This document shows, piece by piece, positions 37,501-51,019 of a stretch of 64,000 bases of DNA. How positions within the stretch are numbered: position 1 is the stretch's first letter; every line of letters starts with the position of its first letter. The stretch covers positions 102,986,687 to 103,050,686 of the forward strand of contig NC_092372.1 of the NCBI RefSeq assembly GCF_030028105.1, read 5' to 3'. Made by a program: the position numbers and the translations under genes. The notes beneath the pieces are model-generated. The model was not told the origin of the DNA, made no database searches, and was given only the letters and a program-made list of their open reading frames with translations. The DNA comes from Mobula birostris (lineage: Eukaryota).

Positions 37501-40500
37501 ACTGTACTACTGCCACAAAACAACAAGTTTCACGACTTATGGCAGAGAGTCTGATTCAGGTTTACTCTCATTCTGACTGAGTATCCTGCTCTTAAATTAT
37601 TCACTTCTGTAAACATACTTCTGCTGTTGCTGGCTCAAAATATCCGACAATACCCTACTCATCCAATATTTACATGTGCACTTCCACCAGTGAAATCTTT
37701 ACAATCAGGAGATTTTTTTAGGTTGAAAGCTGATTCTAAGATACCCAATGTTGGGCAAAAGTTACATTTCTTGTAAGTCACGTGTTTCCACTCAGGGATC
37801 AGTTCCTTTATTTGTCATAATCCTCATAGCCTGTAAAATATCTATGACCTATGTGTCATGAAATTTGTTATTTTGCGAAAGCCGTACAGTGCAATACATA
37901 ATTAAAACACTATAAATTAAAATAGAAAAAAAAATAAATTAGATAAGTAGTGTAACACGAGAAGGAACTACTTGGAAAGCTGATGGTAGATGGGAAGAAG
38001 TTGTTCCTGAAACTTTGAGCGTGTGTCTTCACCCTCCTGTATCTCCTCCTCGATGGTAAGACTGAGAAGTGTTCATGTCCCCGGTGATGGGGGCCCATAA
38101 TGATGTATACCGGCTCTCTGAAGCATTGCCTTTTGTAGATGTTCTCAGTACTGAGGAGGCTAGTGCCCATAATGGAGCCTGCTGAGCTTGCAGCTCTCTG
38201 CAGTGGCTCCTCTGTACCAGACAGTAATGCAAATAACTAGAACTTAGATTTTAGGTGTTAGAACTCTTTGAACCAACTTTGCCATTGAGTAAATTCCAGA
38301 CACATAAGCACTCATCTGCCTGATTCCCAAATGTGCTGCTCTGCTGGGAGTGCTAAGATATATTGAATCCTGCCGAAGGGTTTCGGCCCAAAACGTCAAC
38401 TGTACTTTTTTCCATAGATGCTGCCTAGCCTGCTGAGTTCCTCTAGCATTTTGTGCGTGTTACCAAGATGTACTGATCTCAGTTTGGAACATACTCCATG
38501 ACTGAGTTGACTTCCTCAGAGGTCTATGTTTTCTCAGTCATTGATGCTGCACTCAAAGCTGTCAGTTTACTCTATCCAAGATATTGATTACTGTATAAAA
38601 TCTCAAAGCTCCTGCAGTAACAGCTGTCAACTCTCAGTGGTGGAATTGTGTATTACAAACAAGATTGTTTTAATATGCAGGAGCCTGCTGATTTTCTTTT
38701 AAATGAGATAGAAAATAAATGATCCAATATATTTTCTGTTGTTACAATAAATGAAATTCTTTGTGAAGTTGCAAAGATTGGAGAGAATTTGAATGAATTG
38801 GAATGGAATGATCTCTAATTTTTTTGCTGTATAAAATTTAATTTCCAATATAATAAAACCCTTCATATATTTCTAAAAGATTACCAAATTATAGAAGATT
38901 TATAAACTACAGAGGATTTCTAAACAAAAGTATAAATCTTATGAACTACAAGAACATACTGTATCAATGAGTTGTAGATGATTGAGTCATCCACTGAAGA
39001 AACTGTTCTTCTTGCTATCACACCATCTTTCTGTCATTCCTAACAACCCATAATGCTTTCTAACATTTATACTGTTTTGTTATCAGATGACGTTATCTGC
39101 ATGTGATATTTTTCAGATACCTTTGCTGGCCCAAAGTACTTCACACGAATAGTCTTAAAGCTTCTTGGGACAGAGATGCCAGACTCAAAATTAATGCCAT
39201 GAGGTCTGACTCTCTGACTCTGAGAGTAGAGAAATATTCCAACTATTGATTGAACAGCTATACCTGTGACCATGTTTGATGTACTAAGTGACAAAATCAT
39301 CTACTCTACAAAGTTCTTTGAACTTAGCCAATGTTGTTTTGATGCAGGCCAATTTATTTTATTTAGAAATACATTACATGTCCTTTGTCTTTTGTTGATT
39401 AACCTTTGGCCTACAAGACCTTTTTGCTTACTTGTTTACAACAAGAAGATGAGCAAGGAATATTGGTTAGAAGTTTAAATTTGTTACAAGCCACCCTGAT
39501 CCTTTGGAAAGGCCATGCTGCTGTTCTAGAAAGATTAGATTTCAAAAAGCCCTTGGGCCCTGGAAAGTGACTATCCGTCACAAAATTGAAAGGCAGCCAG
39601 TTCTGCTTGTGGAAAGAGCTGGCCATATTATGAGTTTCAGAATTAGAGTTATGTCATCCTGAATCTCAGTTGGACAGCAGATTAATCACACCTTTTAAGA
39701 ATATGAACATTTTCAAACAACCAGTATTTACGGCAGCCAGCTTGCTTCATGATTAACATTATGCACACTTCTATTAAACAACAGTAGTATACCAAATCTT
39801 CCATTGTTGTGGGAGTCAATTAGCCAGTCTTGCAGCTCATGGAAGTTGTTAATTTTCACTGTGACCTACAAAGTAAATAGGAGTTCACCTTTAATTATTA
39901 GCCATTCTTGTCCTGGTGACCAAAGGCATCCTGATTCAATCGGTGAAGGACAAAGCAAAGATGGATGGATGCAGTTGAAGCCCATACCATGAAATAACAT
40001 GTCAAGCTTTGCATCTGGTTTGTTTTTTTTAAAGAAAACCAGTCTAGAAATGGTACCCAAGGCAACTGGTATGCAGCGTATGTACCAGAAAAGGTCTCTG
40101 AAGCTTTAACAGTGCTGAAGATATGTCCTGAAGTGGAAGTATTGGATCGTTGTCTGAAAACTCACTGCATGATGAAGTTCAGAGCTCAATTCTATAAAGA
40201 CAATATGTTTTTATGTTCACTGATTTAAAGTATTTATATAACATAATTATTTATATTATATAAAAAATAATTAGGTATAAATAAATAATGCTATTTATAT
40301 TACATGAATGAAGACAATTCCATAAAGCTCTGTCTGTAAAGAGTTTGTGCATTTTCCCCATGACTGTGTGGGTTTCCTCTGGGTGCTCCAGTTTCCTCCC
40401 ACAGTCCAAAGATGTAGTGATTTGCATGTAATTTGGTCAATGTGAATTGTCCTGTGATTAGTCCAGTATTAGTTGAGCTGCTGGGCAGTGCAGTTCATTG

Positions 40501-40517
40501 GGCAGGAGGGGGCTGTT

Positions 40518-40645
40518 NNNNNNNNNNNNNNNNNNNNNNNNNNNNNNNNNNNNNNNNNNNNNNNNNNNNNNNNNNNNNNNNNNNNNNNNNNNNNNNNNNN
40601 NNNNNNNNNNNNNNNNNNNNNNNNNNNNNNNNNNNNNNNNNNNNN
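40518..40645. other. Assembly gap or masked stretch, 128 N
   Basis: Run of N. The paralogous interval in unit A (1782-1845) is 64 bp and contains a TAAA/TAGA microsatellite. Confidence 0.98.
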
Positions 40646-43600
40646 GAGTGCAAGACTATTGCACATGATTCCTCAAGTCTGGTCTGTTCATCAATAAGCT
40701 CAAAGCCATTCTGATATTTGCCTTTGGATCCACTTACCTGCCAAATCCCAATAACTTTTGATTTCACCAAGTGCCCAGAAATTCATTTCCACCTTGAACA
40801 TATTTATTAATGACTCAGACTGAACAGATCTCTGGGTTAGTCGTTTCCAAAGACTTACAATTTTTCTCATCCTGACCTATCGTTACTGAACCTAAATCCT
40901 GGGATAATGTCTCAAGTGTTCAACTCCCTCATTTGGAGAAAACCTTTCTCAGTATCTGCTCTGTCAAGTCCACTCAGAGTCTGACCAACTTTAATAAAAT
41001 CAAGCTTCTATTTCTCTTAACTCTTTTTTTTCAACCATTTTACTTACAAGGATACTACTTCCTTTCTCACATTTTCATTATTGTAAGCCTTTGCACACTT
41101 TGAGTATTAAAGTCCAAAATGTGACAATATGAAGCAAAATATGTGAAAACAAAGAATATTTTCTGAGAAGTCTTAATTATGCTTTGAGATAATAGTGAAA
41201 TATGTCACTTTGAAAATATCGTTGAAACATTCCAGCAATGATTTTCCGTGTTTGTTGCCTGGTTAAACAATAGAGGTAACATAAAAAGTGGATTTTGATC
41301 TTATTGACACATAGCCATTAGACATTAACATCAGAACAATCTATATTTACACTGTAGCTGCATGTATTATGGTATTATAGCTGTTCTTGTTTGTCAATTA
41401 ATGAAAATAATTTTTCATTGCTTGAGTATACTACAATAAAAAACTCAACAAGATTTGGACTTTAAATAAGTACTTCTGTGGGAGACATTTTATTGGGTCA
41501 TGCTGGGAGATGTGATCTGTGACTGGTGATATCCTGCTAGACGGAGGTTGTATGCTCCTTGTCAGGAAAAGTATCTCCCAAGATCTGCACTTGTTGCTTT
41601 AAACAATATAGAATAAAATGGTATCATTTAAAGCCACACTATCTCAGCTGGGAGAGTGTGTATATGGACAAAAAGTCCAGCTGTGGGGACAACAGCTAAA
41701 GATGAAATTTCCCAGACTATGGAGTAAAGATGAGGTGCTTTACTGCGTATTTTATAAGATCTGAGGTGTTAAAGATGATTTAACTCAAGGCTAAGAAATT
41801 TCCCTGCTTAACAACTGTCACCTCCAGAGGTCGTGCAAAATGAAAGTGGAGGAGTTTAATAACTCATATTTCAGTCACACTTCAAACAGAGACAGACATT
41901 GCTGCTGTGACGAACAGAGGATCCTCTGGCAGAAAGTTAATTGGCAGTGAGGTCAAAGTTAAATAGCTCCACAACCATATCAGCTCTTCTCCTTTACTGC
42001 ACAGGGGATGTTGTGATGTGTTTAATGTTCCTTGACTGGTTGTGTACAACTGGACTTGCCAAGTGGAGGCCAACACTTTAGTCACATTTAATAGATGGAG
42101 ACAAGGACTAGTTTTTACTTGCTTTGATCATGTGACTGTGTTTAGTAATTGACTTCAAGGGAATCGAATATGTGCAGGTGAATTCAACACAATACCAACT
42201 TTGTTTAGTGATGAGAGCCAAAAGTGAATTTCTTTTGACTGTTCATTTTCCAACTGAATGCTAGGATATATGCTGAGACAATACAGAGATCAAAGCCTTT
42301 TGTAGGGAATAAGAAAAGGTGAAATCACAGCTCCAGATGTAGATGTAGATATTCCCGGTGATATTCTGCTCTGTGGTGCCTTGCTGCATAAATGCTTGTT
42401 GAGTTGTTGTAGTTGAAGCCTGTGACCTGGTTTCACTGGAAACTAAATATAAAAAGATACAGTTTGAGGGGCATGACCCCGGCCTTCCAGTGATAGCTTG
42501 GTTGCAGCTATAAACATTATATTCAATGTTGCCTGTTATGACAGAAAGTTTATCACATTGAAAAACAAAAGTTAATTAACATCTGCAAACAGTTTCATAC
42601 TCTTGACAATCAAAAAGAAGCTCTGGAAATGACCAACAGTGTCTCTCAGCTGGACAACTTTACATCAAATTAGAATAACCTTACTGTCTGTTACATACAT
42701 GAATGACTTTTAAAAATGAATGCAGTAGGCGTGATTAGCACATTTGTAGATTACATCAGAATTTTATTTGTGTTATTCATCGTGATGTGGAGAATATCAG
42801 TCTATAAGATGATTGTGATCATTTGGTTAAAAAGGGCAACGCAATGGCAAATGGAAGTTGATTCCAAGAAATAAGAGTTGGAGCACTTAAGATGAAATTA
42901 TAAATAAAGATAGGACATGCACAATGAACAGTCAGGTCGAGGGGAGTAGTGAGGAACAGAGAGACCCTGGTGCATAAGCCAATCGAGTGTGGTAGATTGC
43001 AGGAGAGGTAGATATGGTCATGGAGGGCAGAATGTGTCTCTATCTCTGGGAAGGTACAATTCTTGTAATTCACAAATTTTAGACCAAATTTCAGAAATGC
43101 TGTTGCTATTATTGTCCCGAGGGTCGCCACGTTGTCTGCAAAATGATACTGTCTACTGAGCCTGTTGCAAAATGTGGAAGCAGAGAATCTGAAATTCCTC
43201 ATTAGGGAAAGAACGTCTATTGCATAAGTAAATTGAACTTTGCAACAGATGACTCATTGATAAGTCTCTTTCCTACTTCAACTCTGTCAAAAATAGCTTT
43301 GTGAAATCAATCTGTGTGTGAGAGCAAAATAAGCCATATTAGTGATTAAAGCAATGCTTAAAAAAGTCAATTCAAGATTATTGCATCAATGTGCTGACAC
43401 TTTACAGAAAATGAGGATTGTATCCAATGTGCAGCCATGTGCATATACCTGTGTGTATTTTACAGACCTGCAGCAAAAGGTACACTGAGATATGCTGTAG
43501 TGTGCAGACCATGAAAGGGAGAGTAATTTTCTGGAAATCACAGGTGTCAGCTCACCATGCAGTCAGTATGTTCCCCTGAGCTGTGGAATTTCCCAGTGAG

Positions 43601-44686
43601 TGAGGTGTAAAATCTGAAACTGAATTCTGTTGCTCATCATCTGTCACTTATTTGAAAGAGAATGGTGATTGATTTTGTCACATATACTTTACAAAAGATG
43701 GACTTTGCATCTCTTCCCTAAATTTTGTAATTAAATCTTTAAAAACCACATTCACCACCTATTTTAATATATAATCCATATGTGGCTGTAAACCATAAAA
43801 GTATTGAAGGAAATTCTGCCAAAGTGAAAGAAGTTCTTTTCCTAAGGGCAGGGAAATTGCTTTTCTCAGGACATCAGTGTTTGGCAGATTTGAATGTTGG
43901 AGATGATGCAAGGAGAATCCCATAAATAGGAGCTCACTGGAACTATTTTTATACTTTTTTTTAGATTATAAGAACACGCAATTCTCTTTTATTGTCATTT
44001 AGTAATGCATGCATTAAGAAATGATACAATGTTCCTCCAGTGTGATATCACAGAAACAAAAGACAGACCAAGACTGAAAAACTGACAAAAACACATAATT
44101 ATAACATATAGTTACAACAGTAGAAGGAATATCATAATTTGATAAAGAACAGACCATGGGCACGGTAAAAAAAAGTCTCAAAGTCTCTCGAAAGTCCCAC
44201 ATCTCACGCAGACGGTAGAAGGAAGAAAACTTTGCCTGCCATGAGCTACCAGTGCCGCAAACTTGCTGATGCAGCATGCTGGAAGCACCGACCACAGTCC
44301 GACTCTGAGTCCGTCCGAAAACTTTGAGCCTCCGACCAGCCCTCTGACACCAAGCACCGAGCCCCATCTCTGCCAAGCGCTTCAACCCCAGCCCCGGCTG
44401 CCAGCAACAGGCAAAGCCTAGGATTTGGGGCCTTCCCCTCCGGAGATTCTCGATCGCACAGTAGCAGCGGCAGCAAACTGGCCATTTCAGAAGTTTCTGC
44501 AGATGTTCCTCTGTGCTCTCATGGCTGTCTCTATCAAACAGAATTGTGCACGGCATCCTACTTACAAATACCGATATCATTCACTGGAGAGGCTGCGTGC
44601 CGCCATCTTCTCTTCCCTGTAAAATACTTGACCATATTTTACAAACCTGCAGCATTAAAGTGCACAGAGACACGCTGTAATGTGTA

Positions 44687-45107
44687 GACAGTGAAACGGA
44701 AAACAATTTTCTGGAAATCAGTGTATAAAGCACCACCAGGATGCTGTTCTCTGCTGAGGAATCTCAATCTACCTGAGCAGTAAAGCCTGAAACTGGACTG
44801 ATCTTGTTCAAGGAAAACAGCTGTTTCATTTTACACCATTCACTTTGCTGAAGGTGGATTTTAAACTTGCATAACATTAATAGATAAATCTTAAGAAATC
44901 ACACGTGAGTAAATTACTACCAATTGTGCTACATAATGCAGCTGCAGTTGCAATCCACACAACTGCTGAGATGCAGAAACACGAAAGTGAAAGAAGATCT
45001 GCCTCAGAAGCAGGGAAATTCCCTCTTTCAGGACGTCAGTGTTGGTGCAGATTTCACTGCAGGAGATGATGCAAATTGGAGAAGAGAATCCCCATAAATA
45101 GGAGCTC
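44687..45107 (+). promoter_or_regulatory. Proximal promoter, copy C
   Basis: Same motifs as copy A; NF-kB site at 45013-45023. Confidence 0.78.
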
Positions 45108-45202
45108 ACTGAATGTCTGAGCATAACTTGATTCAGCAGAGAACTAGTGCATTGGACAGAAGAACCTTCAGCAGACATCCCTTCTACAGTACAAAGTGGA
45201 AG

Positions 45203-47506
45203 ATGGACAGAACAGCCACTGTAACCATCCTCATCCTCCTTCTGTGTGCCATTGCTGCACAGGGTATGTTGAGATATCCGAACTTATTTTTTGTTTTTTA
45301 TTAAAATAATGCACAAAGTCTATAATCTTGTGAGTCATGTACTGTTTACCAAAAAATTAAATACTTCCAGATTACTGTAAGTCTAATTCAGAAAGCTAGA
45401 CAACCAATATAGAAAGAAATGCACCAAGAATTGATGTCGGACAGGATTTCCACTGTTTCCACGGACTGCAGCTACAGTTCGATCTTTGTCAAAATAATGA
45501 TGAATCTGAAACGCTGGAGAAATTATCAGCAAGTTTTACAGCCTTTGCTCTCCTGAAGCAACAATGAAATCTGAGTGAATATAATCTTTCCTCAGGTGTT
45601 CCGATCCCAGGAGCACAAGGACGGTGCCACTGCATTCGGACCAGCTTTGATGTTATTCATCCGAAGTTCATCAGGAACTTGAAATACATTCCCAGTGGAT
45701 CCCACTGCGAGAGAGCAGAGATAATGTGAGTAAATGAGTCAGACTATCATCTTTAACTCTGTTCCTTTACTGATGTTTATTTAATAAGCTGTGCACTTTA
45801 AGAGGAGACATACTCATTCTGTGGATTAAATTTGAATGACATTTTCTTTTCACAGTGTCACCCTGAGAAATGAGAAGAAAGTGTGTGTGGATCCTGATGC
45901 CAGGTGGTTGCAGGCTCTCATAAGAGCCATGAAAGGTCAGTGTTTGGTGTTTGTCAAAATTCATACTTTAGCTGCCAAGGAAAGTAGATGTAGTGAATTG
46001 TTTTTGCCATGTGACTCTGGTTCTTCATAGTGCAGGGTACTGTCTGTTCATCCCTGCTTAACGCTCCCACCACCATTAAGTATCTTCCAGTACTTTACCT
46101 GAGTACCCTTCCTGAATGTATGAGTCATAACCTGGAATATTTGCATGCTATGGTGCCAGTGCCCTCACTCAACATTCATTATTAATGTTCCCTGGAACCG
46201 TGGTAGGGAACTGGAAGTCGAGGTTGGGTCACTGTAGTCTATCAATTGCAGGAGGCAATGGCTGGTACCAATTATCACACATTTTACAACCTCTCTGAGC
46301 CCAACAAATGAAGAACAACTTTTATTCTAATTAGGGACATTAGGTATAAAATATTAATTAGTGATTTTCCCCACAGGTTACAGCCCTAGTGCAGGGGTGG
46401 TTGAGGAATAGATCACTCAGATGCCAGTTACAGACAATGTTTTGTCTTGGGTGGTGTCCAGAGTCTTGATGATGGAGCTACTGACAGTGCTCACACTCTG
46501 GAGTCTTGCCTTGTAGAGAGACTATAGGGTGAGAAATGGGTGTCAGAAGGTGACTCAACTCGGATGACTACAGTAGATTGTGAATTGTTGATGCCAGAGA
46601 AGACAGCAATGGTGATGCCAATGACAATATTAGTGTCATTACCTTAACACTGTCCTTGACATTATCATTGCTGTCTTCCCTAGCATCAACAGTTCGTTGT
46701 CTACTAGATACAGTATACGCTTACACATTAACTTCATGAGATGTTCAAAGTAAAGTCAGACCTGAGGTGGGGATCCAAAGCAGAGTTTGGGTCACTGTAA
46801 AGCTAACAACCGCAGGACCAGTATTCACTCCTTTTAGAACCCAGCTGAGCCCAAACAATGAAGAACATTCTTTATTCAGAGTGTGTACATTAGGAATAAA
46901 ATGCTTAATAGCGAATTTCCCCACAGGTTGCAGACACAGAAAATGGGAGGTTGAGGGAATGATGGGTTAAGGTGCCTTAAGGAGAATGCCTTGTTCTGAT
47001 TGGTGTTGGAGCTACACTGATTCAGGAATGAAAGAGTGTTCATCACACTCTACCATTGTGCTTGTAGATAGTTGAATGGATGCTAAATGGGTATCAGGAT
47101 TGACTCTCTATCTGAACCTTATAAATGCAGCTAATAATCTTGTGAAGATAAAATGATATTGCCAAGGATAGTCCTTGGGTCATTGCCTGGCTTGTTGGTT
47201 GGCATAAATGCCACCTGGCTTATACAGATCCATACCTGAATGTCATCAATGTCTTTATCTATGCTTGAATGTGTCAGTTTGTGAGGAAATTGAAATGGAT
47301 TTGAACTCTGCACAATGCATTTAGAATAATGCCCATTCCAGTGTCATTGACATACTAACAAGTTTCCAAAACATAGCAATCTGCTCCTCTTTGTGGAATG
47401 CCAGTTTGAGAATTCTTGTAGTTCTCTTGCAGAAGACACATGATGCTGTATTACCGTGGGTAACCATGCAAATTATTGAATTTCAGGAGGGAAAAAGCAC
47501 AAGTGA
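45203..47506 (+). CDS. CXC chemokine copy C. Exons 45203-45263, 45596-45725, 45856-45935, 47487-47506; A87R relative to A/B
   Basis: Same exon structure. The only coding change seen is GCA to AGA at 45923-45925. Confidence 0.93.
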
Positions 47507-50164
47507 AAAATCAGAAGCTGCAAAATAAGAGAATCAGTTCCATCTCTGGATTATCCGATGGGGAATGATGGAAGCTCAGCCCTGGGTGTTGACTCTGTGA
47601 TATCACCATTCCAGTATCTCCTCTTCATCGTCTTCTGAGAGTGATCTTGCTGTTCCTCCCTGTCAGAGGACATTTTTTACCTGGACACACTAGCTGTTTA
47701 CATTTGAGAATGCCATGTGATATTTGTGTTAAACATTGTGCCAAATCCAAAGTTTCTTTGGACATCTGTGGTAAATTTTGGACATGTGAGATGCACATCA
47801 ATTGTTAAGCCTTAATGTTAATGCTAAGAGTGGGAGATGACGGTGATGTGAGAGGAATGTTATTTATTAATTTGCATGACTAACTTATTCAAGATGGACT
47901 TGGTTGACAAGGGAAGGCAGTGACCTCTGGGATAAAATTCACATGCTGTTCACGTCCCACCCTTTCCCTTTTGCTGCTCTGTTATCAACACTCTCCTTAC
48001 AAACCCAGAAATGAAAGAGGATAAATCAGCCTATGTGCAAAGAAGGATTATCTTTTGGTTATTTCATTAGTATAATCTGAGTTAGAATGTTGAAGATGTA
48101 AATAATTAAATCATTCCTCCTTTTTTCTTGAATATATGAGGTGATGCAGCATTGTTGCAATGATTTCTAGTGCAAAAATTTGCAGACGTCTTTGTTATTT
48201 AAGATCTTGCTCATAGCCTGTAATATAGAAATGACAATATTGTTGACCAATACTGTTTGACTGAAGCATTTTTGTGCGAAAACGTTAAGAACAAGTAACT
48301 GCAAGTAACATACATGCCATTTCACAGCGTTGTTTATTGACCATTGACTTTTCAACTAGTGCTTTCTTTGTAAAACGTCAAATTTTAGGATCTATCTGAA
48401 GTCTATGAAAGCAAATTTTTTGGAGTTGTAATTTTCATCTAAAGTACCTTCATTTTAGAAGGTACTGCTGCTAATAGTCTGATAGTTACTGGAGAAAATG
48501 AAACTTGTAAATAGGAACAAGTGATAGAAATCTTTGCCTTGAGGGCATGTTCACTGTCTGGACAGTTGATGTATGGGGATGAATTTGTTGATCATTCTTC
48601 AAAAGCACTTAAGAAAATAAAATAAAGTGTATTTTTCATGAACAACTTGTTGCTAACCTTTCTGAATTTTTCTACTAAATTCCGAGTTTCTTTCAGGAAT
48701 TTCTTTAAATTACTCCACATCGCACAAATGGTCTGGGCAGGTACTGAGCTCACACTGAGACAATTACACAACCAAGTTGGACCAATGATGTTGCAGTTGT
48801 ACAAATTGCCTACCCAACCCAAGGGTTTATGTGAGGAAAATTAAGGGATTAGGGATGAATAATGTGGATTTAGCCGAGTAAAGGAGAAGATTACTTTTGA
48901 ACACTTGGTCTGTAATTTAACACTGGCAGGCAAGGTGCCGTTTGCAGCCAGTAGGAAACTGGAACTGCTGCAGAGGGCTAAAGCTGGCATGAAGTTTAGT
49001 TCAGCGGTCAGCGTGAGCCCACTAAATGTAAGTTCTCTTATCATTACTGCATTGAATGTAGGCAGCAGGAACTGGTAATCCCAATTGTCCCTTAAATTCA
49101 ATACCCAGGAGGTGGACACTGTATCACAAGCAATAGGGTATGTGTGCGTGCGTGGGCATGTGTGTATGAGCAAACACACTATATTCAGTGACTCTAAATG
49201 TCTGCTCACTTCTTTGTGAGCATAAATTCCAGTGTAGCACAGGTCATTTTACAATTGCCTTGATCCCCCTTGGCACTGATTCTGAAGCTAATGTAATAAT
49301 GAACCTCACTGCACATTTCCACTCCACAATATAAAGACCAGGCTACCTCAATGGAATTCTGAAGGTAAAGGTCCAGCAAAAAACCATGAGCCAAAGATTG
49401 GCTGCTGGATGAAGAAAGCGCAGGTGTTCCAGCAACTCACTGATAGCGATAATTTGCACAAGTTTTGTCGTAGCAGCTTTCTGCAGTACCAAGCTTCAAA
49501 TCCACAGAGTTTTGAAACTGGAGAGTGTATGTCTGACCACGGAGGGGACTCACGGCTAGTTGCCACAGGGAAAGTCAATTCAAGGATATCTTGAACCATG
49601 TCCTCTCAGTGGTTGTAAAACTGCTGCCTGAATTGCAGTGTGGATTCTGTCTGCTTGAGGCACACTGGACGCATAGTCTTTAATGCTGATCCAAGACAAC
49701 AGAGGCACCTGTACCAGACATGATAGGCAACCTTTCACAAGCTCACCAAAACCGGTGTCTTCATCAGTCTGGCTGGACCATGGAAAACCTTTCTCAGATT
49801 CAGCTAGCCACTGAATGTTTTCTACGATTCATGTTTGCTTCTTGATGCTGCAGAGGAGGCTGTGCTTTTCGCTCTATAGCCTCAAGTCAAAGGTCCTCTA
49901 CCAGCTTGGACAAATGTCCAGAGCCATCAAACTGTCTTAACACATTAACCCTTTCATTCCTGGGATCATTCTCATGAACCTGCTCTGGACCCTCTCTAAT
50001 GCAAGCACATCCTTTCATAGGTAAGGGGACTGTGCGCGTTGAAAGCAACTCCCCTGTGCTAGCTAGGGAGTGGACCATTAAAGGAGCATTGCAGCTCTTC
50101 TGTTGGCTACCATTTGGCATTATGGTGCTGTCTGATTACATCATGCTGCCAGACGAGAGGAATG

Positions 50165-50830
50165 GTTTAAGATGGCGCTGGTGAATCTCAGCGACTTCTG
50201 GCTGGTGGCTAATGAAACAAGGCAAGCATCTAAATTCTTTGTTAATTGCATTTTTTATGGCAAATGATTATCGCAAGTATTAGCCTGTAATTTACCTTTG
50301 GACTGGGAGGCAACATCATCTGGCAAGGCGAGATGGTGGGCGCCTTGCTGAGAGTAAGGAAGGCACGACGTTCGATCAATTTAAGCACTGTGCTGAATTA
50401 GAAAGGTCAGGCGCAGGCCAAATTGAGGTGGCAAGGTCCAGGCACCAGAGCAAATCGAGGGTGATTGAACCCAATGTTTGGACATCGATTTAGGTGCTGG
50501 GCCAGATTGAAAAGGTCAGGGTGTCAGGGTCTCAGGTGAGGGAATGTGCTGCTTCCACTTGCTACTCTGCAATGTTTATTTGGCTCTGCGCTAAGCTATG
50601 GGTATCAGACTAACCTTGTGGACCAGTTCAGAATGCTATTTGCTTGCATTTATTGTTGGCATGATTTGTTTTTTCTTTCTCTCTCTGCACACTGGGTGTT
50701 GGATGGTTTTCCTTTTATATGGGTTCTTTTGGGTTCCTTTGTTTCATGGCTGCCTCTTATGAGACGAATCTCAAGGTTGTATAGTGTGTAGACACTTTGT
50801 TAATAAATTCACATTGAACTTTGAATTTAA
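50165..50830 (+). mobile_element. Second unclassified SINE-like element, unit C only
   Basis: Starts AAGATGGCG and ends taataaattcacattgaactttgaa (AATAAA plus a short tandem tail). Confidence 0.55.
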
Positions 50831-51019
50831 CACGCTGAGCGTAGCCAGTCCTTTTGCTGACAGACTGGAGCACAATCACTGCCATGGGGACAGTGTAAGT
50901 GTGCTGCAGTGAGAGAGGGCCTGAACATACACATCAGACAAGTATTTGTAAATGGGTGTAGCTTGAAGGGTTTACTGATTGTTCAGTGTCTGTTTTGTAC
51001 TGTAAACAAGTACTGGTAG

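Larger units (their letters stand above)
20064..39427 (+). repeat. Tandem segmental duplication unit B (near-identical to A)
   Basis: The ORF track and the sequence repeat unit A almost exactly. Confidence 0.95.

Noticed and set aside
44014-44580. 188-aa ORF, and the 163-aa ORF at 59856-60347
   Set aside because: Both lie within the SINE-like element, and the frame is not preserved among family copies.
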